Part shown: positions 12,946-25,539 of the stretch, one piece after another | Position numbering within the stretch: the stretch's first letter is position 1 | How the letters are laid out: every line of letters begins with the position of its first letter | DNA from: Lama guanicoe | Taxonomy: Eukaryota | Length of the DNA: 64,000 nt | Direction: 5' to 3' | Assembly (NCBI GenBank): GCA_013239625.1 | Contig: MU053652.1 | Coordinates: forward strand, 4,825,902-4,889,901 | Position numbers and translations under genes: made by a program | The notes under the pieces: generated by a model | Databases searched by the model: none | What the model saw: only the letters and a program-made list of their open reading frames with translations | What the model was told of the DNA's origin: nothing

Positions 12946-13614
12946 GGGAAGCACATTTCCTATCGTCTCTGTGCCAGGCACTGCAAGGTCTCAGTTCCTT
13001 TGCCGCAGGTGTGGGAGTTCAGACCATCTTCCCTTTGCCTTCCTGTTGTTTGCAGCTCTGGAAGGCCAGGAGGTTTCAGCCTTCCCAGAAAGGGGAAAGC
13101 TCTAGGTTAATGAGCCATCAAGTGTTATTGTGAAATAACTGAGGAGGGAGAAGGGTTTCCTGAAAGGGCAGTTTCCTAAGAAGTGGCGGGCCCTTGCCTG
13201 AAAAGAGCTCAGAGAGTAGACTTTGCCAAAGACCACTGTAAGGAGGATTATTGGAAACCCTAGCACCCAAAGGAAGCCGAGTCATTGCCTGGGACCACCT
13301 CCCCCCCACCGCTCCATCTAATAGTTATTACCACCATCTACACGAAGGCATCCCCTCACTGCCCTTTCTGCCAGCATTCAGCCTGGCCTGATAACTGCCA
13401 GCAGAAGCAGAGCTTTGCCCAGTGCACCTGTTGGCTTTCCGTGTGTGGAAACACAGCCCCTCCCCTCCCAACCTTTCCATACCCCTCAAGCCCCAGAAAA
13501 GAGGGGTGGGATCCTGCATTCTGTCCGAATGGGGTAGAGGTAGGGAGGGGTAGGTACGTGGAGGACTGAACTCAACCAGCTCAAGATCTGCAGAACTAGG
13601 TCACTAACTACTAG

Positions 13615-13780
13615 CACCTCTGCAAAGTAAGCATTATTACTCCCACTTTACAGATAAGAAAACCGAGGCTCAGGCAGCTTAAGTGATACGTCTGAAATGT
13701 ATATAACTACTTGGGGTTAGAGTAAGAAATTGAACCCAAGTGGCTCTTACTCAAAAGTTTGGGCTCTTGACAACAATCGA
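13615..13780 (-). mobile_element. MIR SINE
   Basis: attattactcccactttacagataagaaaaccgaggctcag...ttgaacccaag. Confidence 0.75.
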
Positions 13781-14739
13781 CCCCACCCCCACCCTGCTGG
13801 GCTGCCAGCACCCACACTCACTCACGTCCCCATGTCCACCGTCCCCACTCTGCCACAGCAGAAGGCCAGTGTCTGCTCCATGTGACAGCAAGACTTCTCC
13901 AAAGCAGTTGTCACTGCTCCTCCACCTCCAGATCAGCAAATACATATTGGGACTCTATTATAATAACACACATTTCAGTCTATGGGACAGTTTATATATA
14001 ATAGTTCATTTGCTTTTTGTAACCTCCCTGAATGGCAAAGTTTTAAACTGAAATAATGCCCCTCAAAAATATAAGGGTAAAGATAATCATTATCTGTATT
14101 CTCACCCCCAAGAAATAACCTCAGTATAATATTTTGGCATTTTTGCTTTTCTGCCTTGTATTTTATGTTTATATTTTTAAAATCATATAGATAGTTCATA
14201 AATACAGTGTTCCCTACCAAAAAACTTTAGGCATAATAAATAAAGCTAACGTTTCCCCTGACCTCTATCACCACCCAATCCTAATCCCTTTCCATTGCCA
14301 GGAGAAAAACTATTATGAATTTGGTGAGTTCCTTCTAATTGCTAAAAATGAATTTTATGTACATAATTGTGTCCATAGAAAATATATACTTTGTTTTGCA
14401 GTTTTTATTTACATAAACCAGTGTTATGCTGTACATTTCATTCAACATCTTGCTTTTTTTTCACTCAATATTATTATTTGAGATCTACTGTGTTGATATA
14501 TATTGATTTAACTTTTTTTTAACCATGAAAGGAGTTGCTTAATCTCAAAGTGAAGAAAGTCTTTTAAAGTACAGAACAAAACCTAGATGCCATAAAAGAA
14601 AAGATGGGGAAATTCAGCTATAGAAATAAAAAAAAAAATGTCTGTAAGGCAAAAGCCACCACAAAAAGAGTCAGAAGACAAATGGCTATACACATGCATT
14701 AGCATTTCAAATCATAGGTAAATGGATCATTTTTCTCTT

Positions 14740-15870
14740 TTTTTGGCTGTATTGAGGTATAAATGACAAATAAAATTGTAAGATACTTAAAGTGTACATC
14801 ATGATGGTTTGACACATGTATCCACTGTGAAAGGATTCTCCCCAGTCTAGTTAATGAACACATCCATCACCTCACATATTTATCCTTTTTCTTTGGTGGG
14901 AATATGTAAGTTTTACTCTCTTAGCAAATGTCAATTATACAACACAGTGTATTCAACAAGGGTCCCATGTTATATGTTAGATCCTCATACCTTATTCATC
15001 TTATAGCTGAAAGTTTCTACCTTCTAATCAACCTCTCCCTAATTTCCCCCACACACCAGTCCTTGGCAAACACTTTTCTACTCTTTCTTTCTATGAGTTG
15101 GACTTTTTTTTTTCAGATTCCACATATAAGTGACACCATGCCTTACTTGTCTTTCTCTGTGTGACTTATTTCACTTGGCATAATGCCCTCAAATTTCATC
15201 CATGTTGTCCCAAATGGCTGAATAATACTCTAATATATATACATCAATATCACATCTTTATCCATTCATCTACTGACAGACACTTAGGCTGTTTCTCTAT
15301 CTTGACTACTGTGAATAATGCTGTAATAAACATGGATGTGTAGATATCTGTTTGGTATNNNNNNNNNNNNNNNNNNNNNNNNNNNNNNNNNNNNNNNNNN
15401 NNNNNNNNNNNNNNNNNNNNNNNNNNNNNNNNNNNNNNNNNNNNNNNNNNNNNNNNNNNNNNNNNNNNNNNNNNNNNNNNNNNNNNNNNNNNNNNNNNNN
15501 NNNNNNNNNNNNNNNNNNNNNNNNNNNNNNNNNNNNNNNNNNNNNNNNNNNNNNNNNNNNNNNNNNNNNNNNNNNNNNNNNNNNNNNNNNNNNNNNNNNN
15601 NNNNNNNNNNNNNNNNNNNNNNNNNNNNNNNNNNNNNNNNNNNNNNNNNNNNNNNNNNNNNNNNNNNNNNNNNNNNNNNNNNNNNNNNNNNNNNNNNNNN
15701 NNNNNNNNNNNTTTTAGTTGCATTTTTTTCTATTGAGTTGTATGAGTTCTTTCTATATTTTGGCTATAAACCCCTTATCAGATATATGATTTGCAAATAT
15801 TTTCTCCCATTCCATCCCAACCTTTTCATTTCGTTGATGGCTTCCTTTGCTGGGCAGAAGCTTTTCAACT
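14740..15870 (-). mobile_element. L1 (L1MA-like) 3' portion, 5'-truncated, with N-run 15359-15711
   Basis: attgaggtataaatgacaaataaaattgta 3'UTR; minus-strand frame YTSMFITALFTVVKIEKQPKCLSVDEWIKM matches the L1 ORF2 C-terminus. Confidence 0.85.
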
Positions 15871-15879
15871 AAAAAGCTT

Positions 15880-18200
15880 CTCAAGATTTTAAGCACCAGT
15901 CTGGCAAAGACCTCAGGCGGGTATCATAGGATTCCCAGATGTTGTCGTTACCACAGTCTGCTTTTCCATCCTTCTCTGGTGGGACACGGGGATTGTTGCC
16001 ACCCTGAACATCCTTGCACAGGTCTCCCTGCACGTGGTTGTGACCAGAAGCAGAGCTACTACCCGATTGCCAGCAAAGCCATTGAGCCGATTTACACGCA
16101 GGCCGGCACTATGACAGGGTGCTACTTCACCACTTCACTGACAACCTCTGAAACTGTTAGACTTTCACATTTTTACTCAGGACAAGTTACTCAGGACAAG
16201 ATAAGACAAAACAAACAAACAAACAAAACAACCAAAACCTGTATCCACAAAGACAAATCAAAAATCCATTCTCTCTCCGCGTGCCCTCACGCTGCCACCT
16301 CTCACTCCCATCACTGCAAAAGCCACCAATGGGTCTTACTCCCTTCTAATCTATCCCCCACACAGCTACGAAGTGCTTTTTTTAAAAATAAAATATTTCA
16401 AAAAATGAGACAAGAGAATAATATACTAAGACACCCATGTGCCACTTTATCAAATACTCACTTTATCAATTTTGAACATTTTGTTGTATTTACTTCCCAT
16501 CCATGTTTTTATGTTTTCCTACAAATTTATGTAGTAACCATAACCATAAACAATATAGAGAATCATTTTGCATATTTTGAAACTTTTCGTAAAAGGCGTC
16601 AGGCAGCCTGTATCCTTCTGCAACTTACTTGATTTAGACACTGGTTTTAGAGGCATCTGCACTGATACATGTTACTCTCGATTCTTTACTTTAACTGCTG
16701 CACTGTACTCTGTTATAAGGATACATCACGATTTATCCATTCTCCTGCAATTTCGGTTTTTCATCATTACAAACAGTGCTGGGGTGAGCATTCCTGTTTA
16801 TAGTCTCCTCATATATATGCATAATAATTTCCCTAGGGAATATGCCTGTGAGGAGAACTGTTGGCTGGAGGGATGTAGTCCTCAGCTCTGCTAGATTTTG
16901 CCAAATTGCTCTTGAAAGAGATTGTACCAGCTTACACACCTAAAAGTGTAAACATGTATTCATATTAAATGTTTAATATCTGATAATGTCATGATGTGCA
17001 TTTAGTGTGCAATTCCCTGATTAGCCTTGACATCAAGCAGGTTTTCAGGCTGATATAGTGACCACTTAGAGTTCTACTTCTGTGAGATGCCTGTTGGAAT
17101 CATTTGCCATTTTTTGGAATTATATCTTAACTTAAAAATTGATCTGTAGGACTTTTTAAGATATCCTAGATGCTAACTCGTTGGTTATTTGCATTCCAAA
17201 AAAATCTGTCTTGTCTTTAATTGTGTTCATAGTATCTTTTGTTGTACAAAATTTTTAAATTCTAATGAGGTTGAATTTACCATTTTCTGTAAATGAGAGG
17301 TTTTATGTCTTGTTTAAGAAATCCTTCTCTTAACTGGAGATCACAAAGAAACTCTACTATGTTTTCTTCTAAGAAATTATGAAGTTTTGCTTTTCACATT
17401 AAAGTTTACATAGAATATTTGTATAGTATCTATGAAGACTGATTATCCCATAAAGATAATAACTTATCCCAAAATCATTTATCAGATAGTCTTTTTTTTT
17501 CCCCCCACTGGTGTAACAGCCTCTCCCATTTATCGTATTTCCAAACGTGAGTAGGTTTATTTTCTGGACTCTAGCCTATTTTAAGCTATGAAGCTAATTT
17601 TTTGTCTCTGTGCTAACATGTCACTGTCTTACTATAACTTTATAGTAAATCTTTATATATTCTCTGGAAAGTCCTCTTCACCCCCTTGTTATGCCTCTTC
17701 ACAATTGTCTTAGCTCTTCTGTTTGGCTGTGTGTGCGTGTGTGTGTGTGGTTTTTTGCTTTTTGGGATTTTTTGGTCTTCCACATTAATATTAAAATAAG
17801 CTTGTCAAGTTCCACAAAAAAAATTTCACAGGAATTTTCATTTGTACTGCATTGGATTTATAGATTAAATTCAGGAGAGATGACACCTTGATGACAGTAT
17901 CTTCCAACCCATGAATATTATCCTTGAACATTTTTTTAAAAATCTCCATTTATTCAGATCTTCTTTTATGTCCTCCAATAATATTTTGTCATTTTTTCTC
18001 CATAAAGATCTTGCATATCTTTTGTTAGATTTATTCCTACCTTAAAGTTTATTGCAATTGTGAATTACTTTTTAAAATATATTTTCTAATTCGTTCTTAT
18101 TTATATAGAGAAATAGTATGGATTTTTCTATGTTGACCTCTTTCAGCAATTTTCTGAGTTCCCGTATTAGTTCTATTTGTTTTTCTGGGTATTTTCATGG
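15880..18200 (-). mobile_element. Ancient L1 (L1ME/MC-like) fragments, antisense
   Basis: T-rich decayed ORF2 antisense text such as ctgcattggatttatagattaaatt and ttttgttagatttattccta. Confidence 0.65.
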
Positions 18201-18209
18201 CAAAGAATT

Positions 18210-19235
18210 CCAAGGACTTCTATTTCTAGAAATAGCAGCCTAGTTACTGTTACAAGTCTTGTAGCCACAACCATGTCTATCTAGCTCAAAACAGGATTCT
18301 TATTACACAGCTGGGATTGCAGGAAGTCAGGGAAACTTCTAGGGGACCAGTGAGCTGAAACCAAAGTGTGACGCTATAAGCATTCAGTAAAGATGGGACT
18401 GCCCTGAGTGCCAAGGCCCATGCATATAACTGCAACAAGATAAACTTTGTAAGGTTAAACTTTCAGCCAGTAGCAAGGAGGAGATGAATCCAAACCCCCT
18501 GAAATAAGCTCAAACCTTGAAAGACGGCTAAAGTGACTCCAGCCCTGGGTTGGTTCATCCCTTGGCTTCCAGAGAAAAGCAAATGCAAATCTTCTTAGAG
18601 AAAGTCATCTTCAATTAAGTCTCAAAGATTTCCACAGATTACTATCTATCAATGTGAACTGACAGTAAAAGATCTCCAAAGACACTAGGAAGAACTCCCA
18701 TTAGTGAGAGTCAGGAGAAAAACCAACAATAGGGTTTGGTCCTTAAGGATACTGGATATTAGAATCATTAGACAGAGGGTATAAAGCAACTATGTAGTGA
18801 GTGTGTAAAGTGAGAGACTGAATCATGGAAGCAGGCTAGCAATGAAAGGCTATCAAAATTGACTGGGAAGAGCTGACAAATACTGATAAACATGTAGTAC
18901 TCTCAAAAATGAAAAATATGATTTTAAAATTAAAAAGTCAGGAGGGAGTGAAGAGCAGATTAGACCCAACTGAAGACTTAGTTGAAGAGAGAATTAGTGA
19001 ACTGTGAAATGTGAAGATATTACCAGTAATTCAGCACAGATTAGGACATAGAAGCTATGAACAAGATTAAGAGATAGGAAATAATCTGGTGTATGTTTGA
19101 CAAGAGTCCAAGAGTAGAAAACAGAGAAAATAAAGGAGAATTGAATAGATAATGGCTGAGAAGTTTCTAAAATTGGTGAAAGACATCAATCTTTATTTTT
19201 CCTGAGCAGGATGCATTAAAAAGGAAAAATCTACT
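18210..19235 (+). mobile_element. Ancient L1 5'UTR/ORF1 remnant
   Basis: gagcagattagacccaactgaaga...gagaattagtgaactg, ataatggctgagaagtttctaaaattggtgaaagaca (ORF1-like). Confidence 0.6.
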
Positions 19236-19240
19236 CCCAA

Positions 19241-19573
19241 TGTGGTGGATGGAATACCTATGCATTCTTCAATAGTTCACCTTTCAAAAGGTGAAGACTA
19301 ATTCTCCCCCCTTAAGGTGGACTTACTTTTTGACTTCCACACCTCTTAGTTTTCTATTTTCTCTCTCTGCCTGAACACAGAGGAAAGGCCATGTGAGGAT
19401 GCAGCAAGAAAATTGTCATCTGAAAGCTGAGCAGAGAGGTTTCAGCAGAAACCAGCCATCCTGGCACCTTGATTTTGGACTCCCAGCTTCCAGAACTGCC
19501 AGAAAATAAATTTCTGTTGCGTCAGATACCAGTCTATGGTATTTTGTTACAGCAGCCTGAGCAGATTAACACA
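19241..19573 (+). mobile_element. MLT1 MaLR LTR
   Basis: TG...CA ends; ctggcaccttgattttggactcccagcttccagaactg...aaataaatttctgttg...ttgttacagcagcc. Confidence 0.8.
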
Positions 19574-20134
19574 ATCAGGATTGTATTTCTTTTCTTTTAA
19601 TAATTACTTTTACATTTTAAATATGAATTTTAAATTATAAATTATTCTAGCAATATCAAAAATTTAGTATTTCTAGTCTCCTTCTAAACATGAGCCTGTT
19701 AGTTTATTTTAACCACCGCTGGACACCACTCCGCCCTATGACTTTACTGTCTTTTTAGAGTTTGTTTCACCCTTTTCAAGTCACAAAAACTTTCTTTTTA
19801 AAGTTGACTAACTTTACTAACAGATTTTATCAATGCTTGTGCTCACTATTTTCTGTTGCATCCCACGTCTTCTTTCTGGATTCATTTGTTTTCTTGCTGA
19901 ATTACTTTTTCTCTTGGTGAACATCTGGGGGAGGTAAATTCTCTTTGTCTTTGTGTGTCTGGAAATATCTTTATTTTGTCTTTGCTCCTGCATGATAATG
20001 TAGCTGCATATAAACTCAGGGGCTTAAAGATATTACTCCATTGTCTTCCAACAGACACTGTTGCTCATATGAAGTTGGCTGACAGTCTTAACGAACATGC
20101 CTTTAGGTATATTTTATCTTTTCTTTGTAATAGC

Positions 20135-20474
20135 TGCTGTGGGTTGAATGTTTGTGTCTCCCTAAACTCATATGTTGAAATTCTAACCCCCAAAGGTGAT
20201 GGTGTTTGGAGGTTGGGTCTTTGGGAGGTACTTAGGTCATGAAGGTGGAGCCCTCATCAATGGGATGAGGACCTTATAAAAGAGACCTCAGAGAGATCTC
20301 TTGCCCCTTCCACCATGTGAGGATGTGATGAGGAGTTTGTGACCTAGAAGAAAGCCCTCACTTAACCATTCTGGCACCCTGGTTTCAGACTTCTAATAGA
20401 GCCCAGAACTATGAGAAATAAATTTCTATTCCTTCTGCAGTACTGTGTTATAACAGCTCAAAAGGACTAAGACA
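20135..20474 (+). mobile_element. MLT1A-like MaLR solo LTR with 5-bp TSD ATAGC
   Basis: tgctgtgggttgaatgtttgtgtctccc...ggactaagaca; ATAGC at 20130-20134 and 20475-20479. Confidence 0.9.
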
Positions 20475-20485
20475 ATAGCGTTTCT

Positions 20486-20581
20486 TTTTTTTTTTTTTTA
20501 ATGGAGGTACTGGGGATAGAACCCAGAACCTCATGCATGTTAAGCATGTGCTCAACCACTGAGCTATACCCTCCAGCCTTT
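20486..20581 (-). mobile_element. Camelid tRNA-Ala-derived SINE (Vic-1 type), short form
   Basis: tRNA-Ala(AGC)-like head with A/B boxes plus poly(A); TSD gacaatagc(g/t)tttct at 20471-20485 and 20582-20596. Confidence 0.9.
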
Positions 20582-22929
20582 GACAATAGCTTTTCTGATT
20601 CTCTTGATATTCTTCATGTTCTACAGTTTCTGTACAGTGTGTCTAGGTGTAGACTCATTTTCATTTACCTTGCTTGGCACCCTGAGTGCACTTATAATTA
20701 AGGAATTCTTGTCCTCTTCAATCTGGGGAAACTCTCAGCTTTCTGTCTGCAAATATTACTTCTCCCTTCTCGTCTTCTGAGACTCCTATTTTCACAAGAT
20801 AGAGCCTCTTCCAATCATGCATGTGTCTTAATTAGCCCTTATTTAAATCTCTTCATTCTCTGCTGCCTTCTAGACTAATTCTTTTGTATTATCTTTAAAT
20901 TTACTAATACATCCTTTGTTTCAATTGTGGAATCTATCCTATCACATTTTTTAATGGCTAATTTTTTTTCTCATTTCCAAGATGTCTACCCTCGGTTCGT
21001 TTTTTCCTGTTAGAATGTCTTCTTTTAAAAAAATTTTAATTTAATATAAGATATTCTTCAGTCATCTCCTTGAGCTCCTTCAACACATTTATTTTTAAAA
21101 ATTGTCAAGCTAGTCTATAAAGTAATGCCATCTACAGTGACTTTGTCTTGATCATAGATTTTGTTGTCTTTCTTAGCATTGGAATTCCTCATATGTTTTA
21201 TAATTTTCAGTGGGAAATTTTATTGTTTTGGGGTTCCCCCTGCTTTCTCTCTTTGGCATTTTTTGTTGTTATAGTCTCTCCCTGGCACCCCTGAAACCCA
21301 CAGCTTACAATTAAATTTTCCAATAAACCATTGCCCCTGACTTTGTGGGGCTTAAATGTTAATGGGAAAGGACAGACAAAAAAATAAATCTATAATATGT
21401 CAGTTGGTGATAAGGGCTACAGAAAAAATAAAGCAGGAGAGGGGACAAGAATCGCAGCGGTGGGGGCTCATTTGAGCAGAGACCATGATACTCTTAGGAT
21501 GTAGGCTGAAGCCAGGCTGCGAGAGTGCTGGAAAGCAGCATCCACCCCAGCTCAGCTCTCTGCCCCACCCCATTGTGCAGCCCTCTCCCACTGTGGCTAA
21601 CCCTCTAGCCGAGAGCCATGAGCACCTCAGCGTGTGCAGGGAGCAGAGAACCGGCTCCTCCACAAGATTCACTCTGAAGTGGAGCAAGGGGTCGGTGGTG
21701 GAGCCTGGGTGAGATGAGGTGGGTGACTAGGGGGCAGCCCTCCTGGGTGTGGGTCCCCTGCTGGGACCATCTGCATGCAGAGACCAGGAGCCGCTAGCAA
21801 GGCCAGGCCATGAAAGCCTATGAAGATAGAAGAGCTGCTGGGCTGTAGGCTGTGCAGCTGGCTTGGGGCCAAGAGAGAGGAGAAGCAGGGGGTCATTCGT
21901 AGGACCTCAGCAGGGGCCTGTACAGCCAGTGGGGGAGAGGAGTGGACAGGAGCTGTGAGAGGTCCTGCCCGGGTCAGCCTGGTCCCAGGTAGGACGTACT
22001 GTCTCCAGCAAGCACCTACTGAGCCTGGCACTGGGTGCAGGGCACTGCTCAAGATGAATAAAACAGCCGAACAGCCACTGCCCTTGAAGGGCTTACATCC
22101 ACTGGTGATGAAACAGTGACCTATTCCACTATAAAGAAAAGGTACCGTAGCAGTCCCAGCTGAGGATAGTCAAGATGTGCCAGTGGTTCTGAGGTCTTAA
22201 TAGAGCATCTCAGGGCTATCGCGTGGTAAGTCCTATTTCTCCCTGAAACTGGTAAGAAGAAGAGGGGTGGAGGATTAAGTGCCTTGCTCGAAATCACCCA
22301 GCTGTTAGGGATTTGAACTTGGATCTGTAGAACTGCCCACACGTGCTGTCATCACAACTGAAGAGGAGCCTTAATCCAAACTGGGTATCGGGGGGACTGG
22401 TTGAGGGCTCTCCAGGAGGAGTGATGCCCAAGCCCCACAGAAGGATGAGCAGTCAGAAAATGCTCAGTCTGAGCAAGGGAGGGCGGGGATGTGTCCTGAG
22501 GAAGGAGAATCCCTGAGAGGGCTTGAAGAACTATGCCCTGTCCTGGCACCATCACACCTTGCCTCTGGCCTTGGGGTGGTCTTTAACCTAAAGCTTTCCC
22601 AGGAAACTGGCCAAGGCAAGGAAATTCCCTGGGGCCTGGGTCCATCCTATCTCGACTTAGGAGCAGAAACAGGTAACACAGTGCACGTGGGATGGCTGTT
22701 CCCCGTCCCCACCATTATTCCATCCTTCCCTTCAGTCATTTCTTCCCCAAATGGACCGCATAAGGCCGTCTAGGCGTGCACTGCCCTCTTCCAGCAGGCT
22801 TCTTTTAATACATGACTGTATGGCAATGGAATTAGTGGGAGAGAGAAGTTAAAGCTCGAAATTCTCAGTGTAATTTATGACTCATTCACTCAATCAACAA
22901 AATCACGTTAAGGGCCTGCTGTATTTCCG

Positions 22930-23420
22930 AGGTTAGGCCGATCCTCCAGAGACGCGTGGTTTGCAGGGAACCCACTGGACCGGGCATCTTTGCAGGGAAC
23001 CCACTGGACGGGGCATCCGGGTCCCCGCTGCGGTCCTCCCGCCGCCTCCCGCGCCTGCCGCGTCGCAGACACTGAGCTCGCGCGCCCCCTCGTGGATCCT
23101 CGGGGAACTGCGCGGCGCCGCCCCGGGCCCCATCAACCTGGTACCCTGGGCGGCTCAAGGGGGCAGAAGTGAGGCTCTCTCTAAGGCAAGGGTGTGCTGA
23201 GGACGAGGACCTGGCCAAATCCTCCGGTCCCTCGGGTCCCCAAGGTTACTTCCCACGCTCCAGATGCCTCGTCCCCTCAGCCCACCGGGGTAGGGGGTGG
23301 CAAAACCTATAACTGCAGTGAATGGACCCTCTTCCTCCTTCAAACCCAGCCTCCAGCTCACCTTCCTGGCTCCAGACTGCGCAGGAGGTGGACACCGGCG
23401 GGGGGGGGGGCAAGGTCCAG
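22930..23420. promoter_or_regulatory. Small CpG island (orphan promoter or enhancer)
   Basis: Dense CpG (cgcgcgcc, gcgcggcgccg) against a CpG-poor background. Confidence 0.65.
22960..23017. repeat. Tandem duplication, 2 x 29 bp, 1 mismatch
   Basis: tttgcagggaacccactggac(c/g)gggcatc at 22960-22988 and 22989-23017. Confidence 0.95.
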
Positions 23421-25539
23421 GCCCACTCAGACACCCAATTTCAGGGTAAATATCTCACTGTCTACTCTCGGCTTGAGGAGGTTCCAGAAGGAGCTTGTGT
23501 CATCTCTGAAGACAGGGACTTTTCCAAACACGACCACAAAATGAGGCTCCTGCTGTGAGAGGCTCCCTCCCTCATCCATATTCTCTCTCATCTGGCCTTT
23601 TAAGACTCACACTAAGGATAATCAGGGATGCTGGTAAAGCTGGAGTTAGGAGGATGGTTGTTTACGTAGCAAGGATCCCCTCTCCACCCCACCCCACCCC
23701 TAGTATCTGTTAGCATCCGCTTTCACATGAGGGCTGAGACACCTTCGAAAGCAAATCAACCTGACCTTGTGGGTGCTGGGGTGCTGGGGCTGAGCTGCAC
23801 CGCCACAATCTGAGGGCTTGGCAGAGGGGGGCTGCTGGATGAGGCCACACAATAGGCAGGGACTACGGGGTCTTGTACACAGGTCTCTCTAAGAGAGAAG
23901 GGAGTTTGACCCAGCAAGCCAGATCAGCCATGGGTGTCGGCACCAGGAGGAGCCGAGTGTCAGCTTGCGGTGGAACTTAGCTCACTTCACCATCCTGGGA
24001 GTGTGAATGTGCCCGAGAGAGAACGAGGGCTCTGAGATTTTCACTGACTCTAACTCTTCAGAGCCCAAGTCACCTTGACCTAACTCAATGTACCCCCGAA
24101 GGGGCACCCCTCACCCACCCAGAGAGCCTCTCTGGGTCTATATCTCCAGTTGCTGCAGCTCAGTGCAGAGGCAACTCTACACGGCTGTCAATCCAGCAAT
24201 CACAGAGCCTGGGTGCCACCAGCAGGGACAGTGGAGAGCGGGCCTTTTGTCTGGCTGAAACAGAAGCAGCAGGGGCAGGAGCCCAGGCTGGGGCGGGGCT
24301 GGGCTGGAGTCAGAGCAAGGACAAGTGACGGCGAAGATCGATTTCAGAAGTGCACACAGGACTCTCCTTGGTGAGTCCAGAAATGCCTGGAGAAGAGATC
24401 TTTGCAAATAATAAAAATTCCTGTGTGAGCAGGTGGAAACATCCAGTCTTCCACTGAGGTTTATGAATAAGTGATTATGTGAACACATTTTAGACTCACG
24501 TCAGTGATGTCTGGGTCCTTGAAAGGCCATATTTTTAAGAAGCAGTAAAAAGCTTTATTTTATTTTTAAAGATCCTGTTACTAGTTAAATCTGGTCCAAG
24601 ATTTTGTGGGACACTGAAAACCAACAATCTTCAGCAAGATGTTAAGAGAGTCCCATAAATAGCACCTCTCTTCTCTGACCAGGTTCTAGAAATTGAAAAA
24701 TAAGACAGGAACAACGAGAGGGAGAAATAAAATGTCACCTTTCCTGATGACCAAGCCAAAATTGCAGGACTTAGCTCAGTCTGAGAAGAAAAAGGCTTGA
24801 TAACTGAGCCCCAGTAGGAGGCAGACTTGCCTGCTCATTCCGGGCTGGGATGAGCTGACTCCAGGAGGAAAGGTGAGTAAAGCGGTGTTGAAAAGCCAGC
24901 AGTTACACTAGTGGAGACTTCCAGGAGTGTGGATGAGTGTTCCCCCTCATAATAAGGATAAACTTCCCACTGCTTTATATGTTGGTTGGTCCTTTTTTGA
25001 AATTTAGAATGTATGTTTTTCCATATGAACTGTTTTACATGTGACCCTGAAAAGTCCATTGAACCTATATAGGAATAGACTTTTAGTACCAACTTGAGCT
25101 CTGGCCCAGGGGAGAGAACATGCAGAGGAAAGAGGATCAAGGCAACCATCCCAGTATCCTTATTCCACCCCAGTGTCCCCCTGAAATACCTTGTTTTCCA
25201 GTACGTTTCCCTTCCACTCCATCAATCCAACTCCTATTCCCCAGGGTGGGAGACTTCAGTTTGGAGGTTAAACAATTTCACATTAAACTGTCATAACTGA
25301 CAAACCCTTCTCCTTTTATAGTTAAAAAAAATTTTTTAAGCAGACCAAATCTTATTAATGCAAATGCATTTCTAATACAATCAGTGGACTTTCAGAAAGA
25401 GTGAAAAAGTAAAGTGAAAATTCACACAGTAAAAAAGAAAAGATCTTTGACAGCCTATGGGGAGAGAAAGCAGTTACTGCCCATAAGATCAAGTGTGAAA
25501 TAGATGAGAACAGGGAAGCCTCAAGTTGGATAATTAAAA

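Larger units (their letters stand above)
19575..21300 (-). mobile_element. Ancient L1/HAL1-like fragments, antisense, interrupted by MLT1A and a SINE
   Basis: T-rich text with tgtgtctggaaatatctttattttg and tgtgtctaggtgtagac motifs. Confidence 0.5.

Noticed and set aside
16173-16200. Short tandem duplications (14 bp here; 18 bp at 25546-25581; similar near 28990 and 61140)
   Set aside because: Ordinary slippage events inside dead repeats with no sign of function.
15847-16632. Longest ORF in the track (261 aa)
   Set aside because: Non-ATG start, crosses antisense L1 debris and a simple (CAAA)n repeat, and has no recognisable protein similarity.
22960-23017. 29-bp repeats of CRISPR-like length
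   Set aside because: Two adjacent copies with no spacer, in eukaryotic DNA, and no cas genes.
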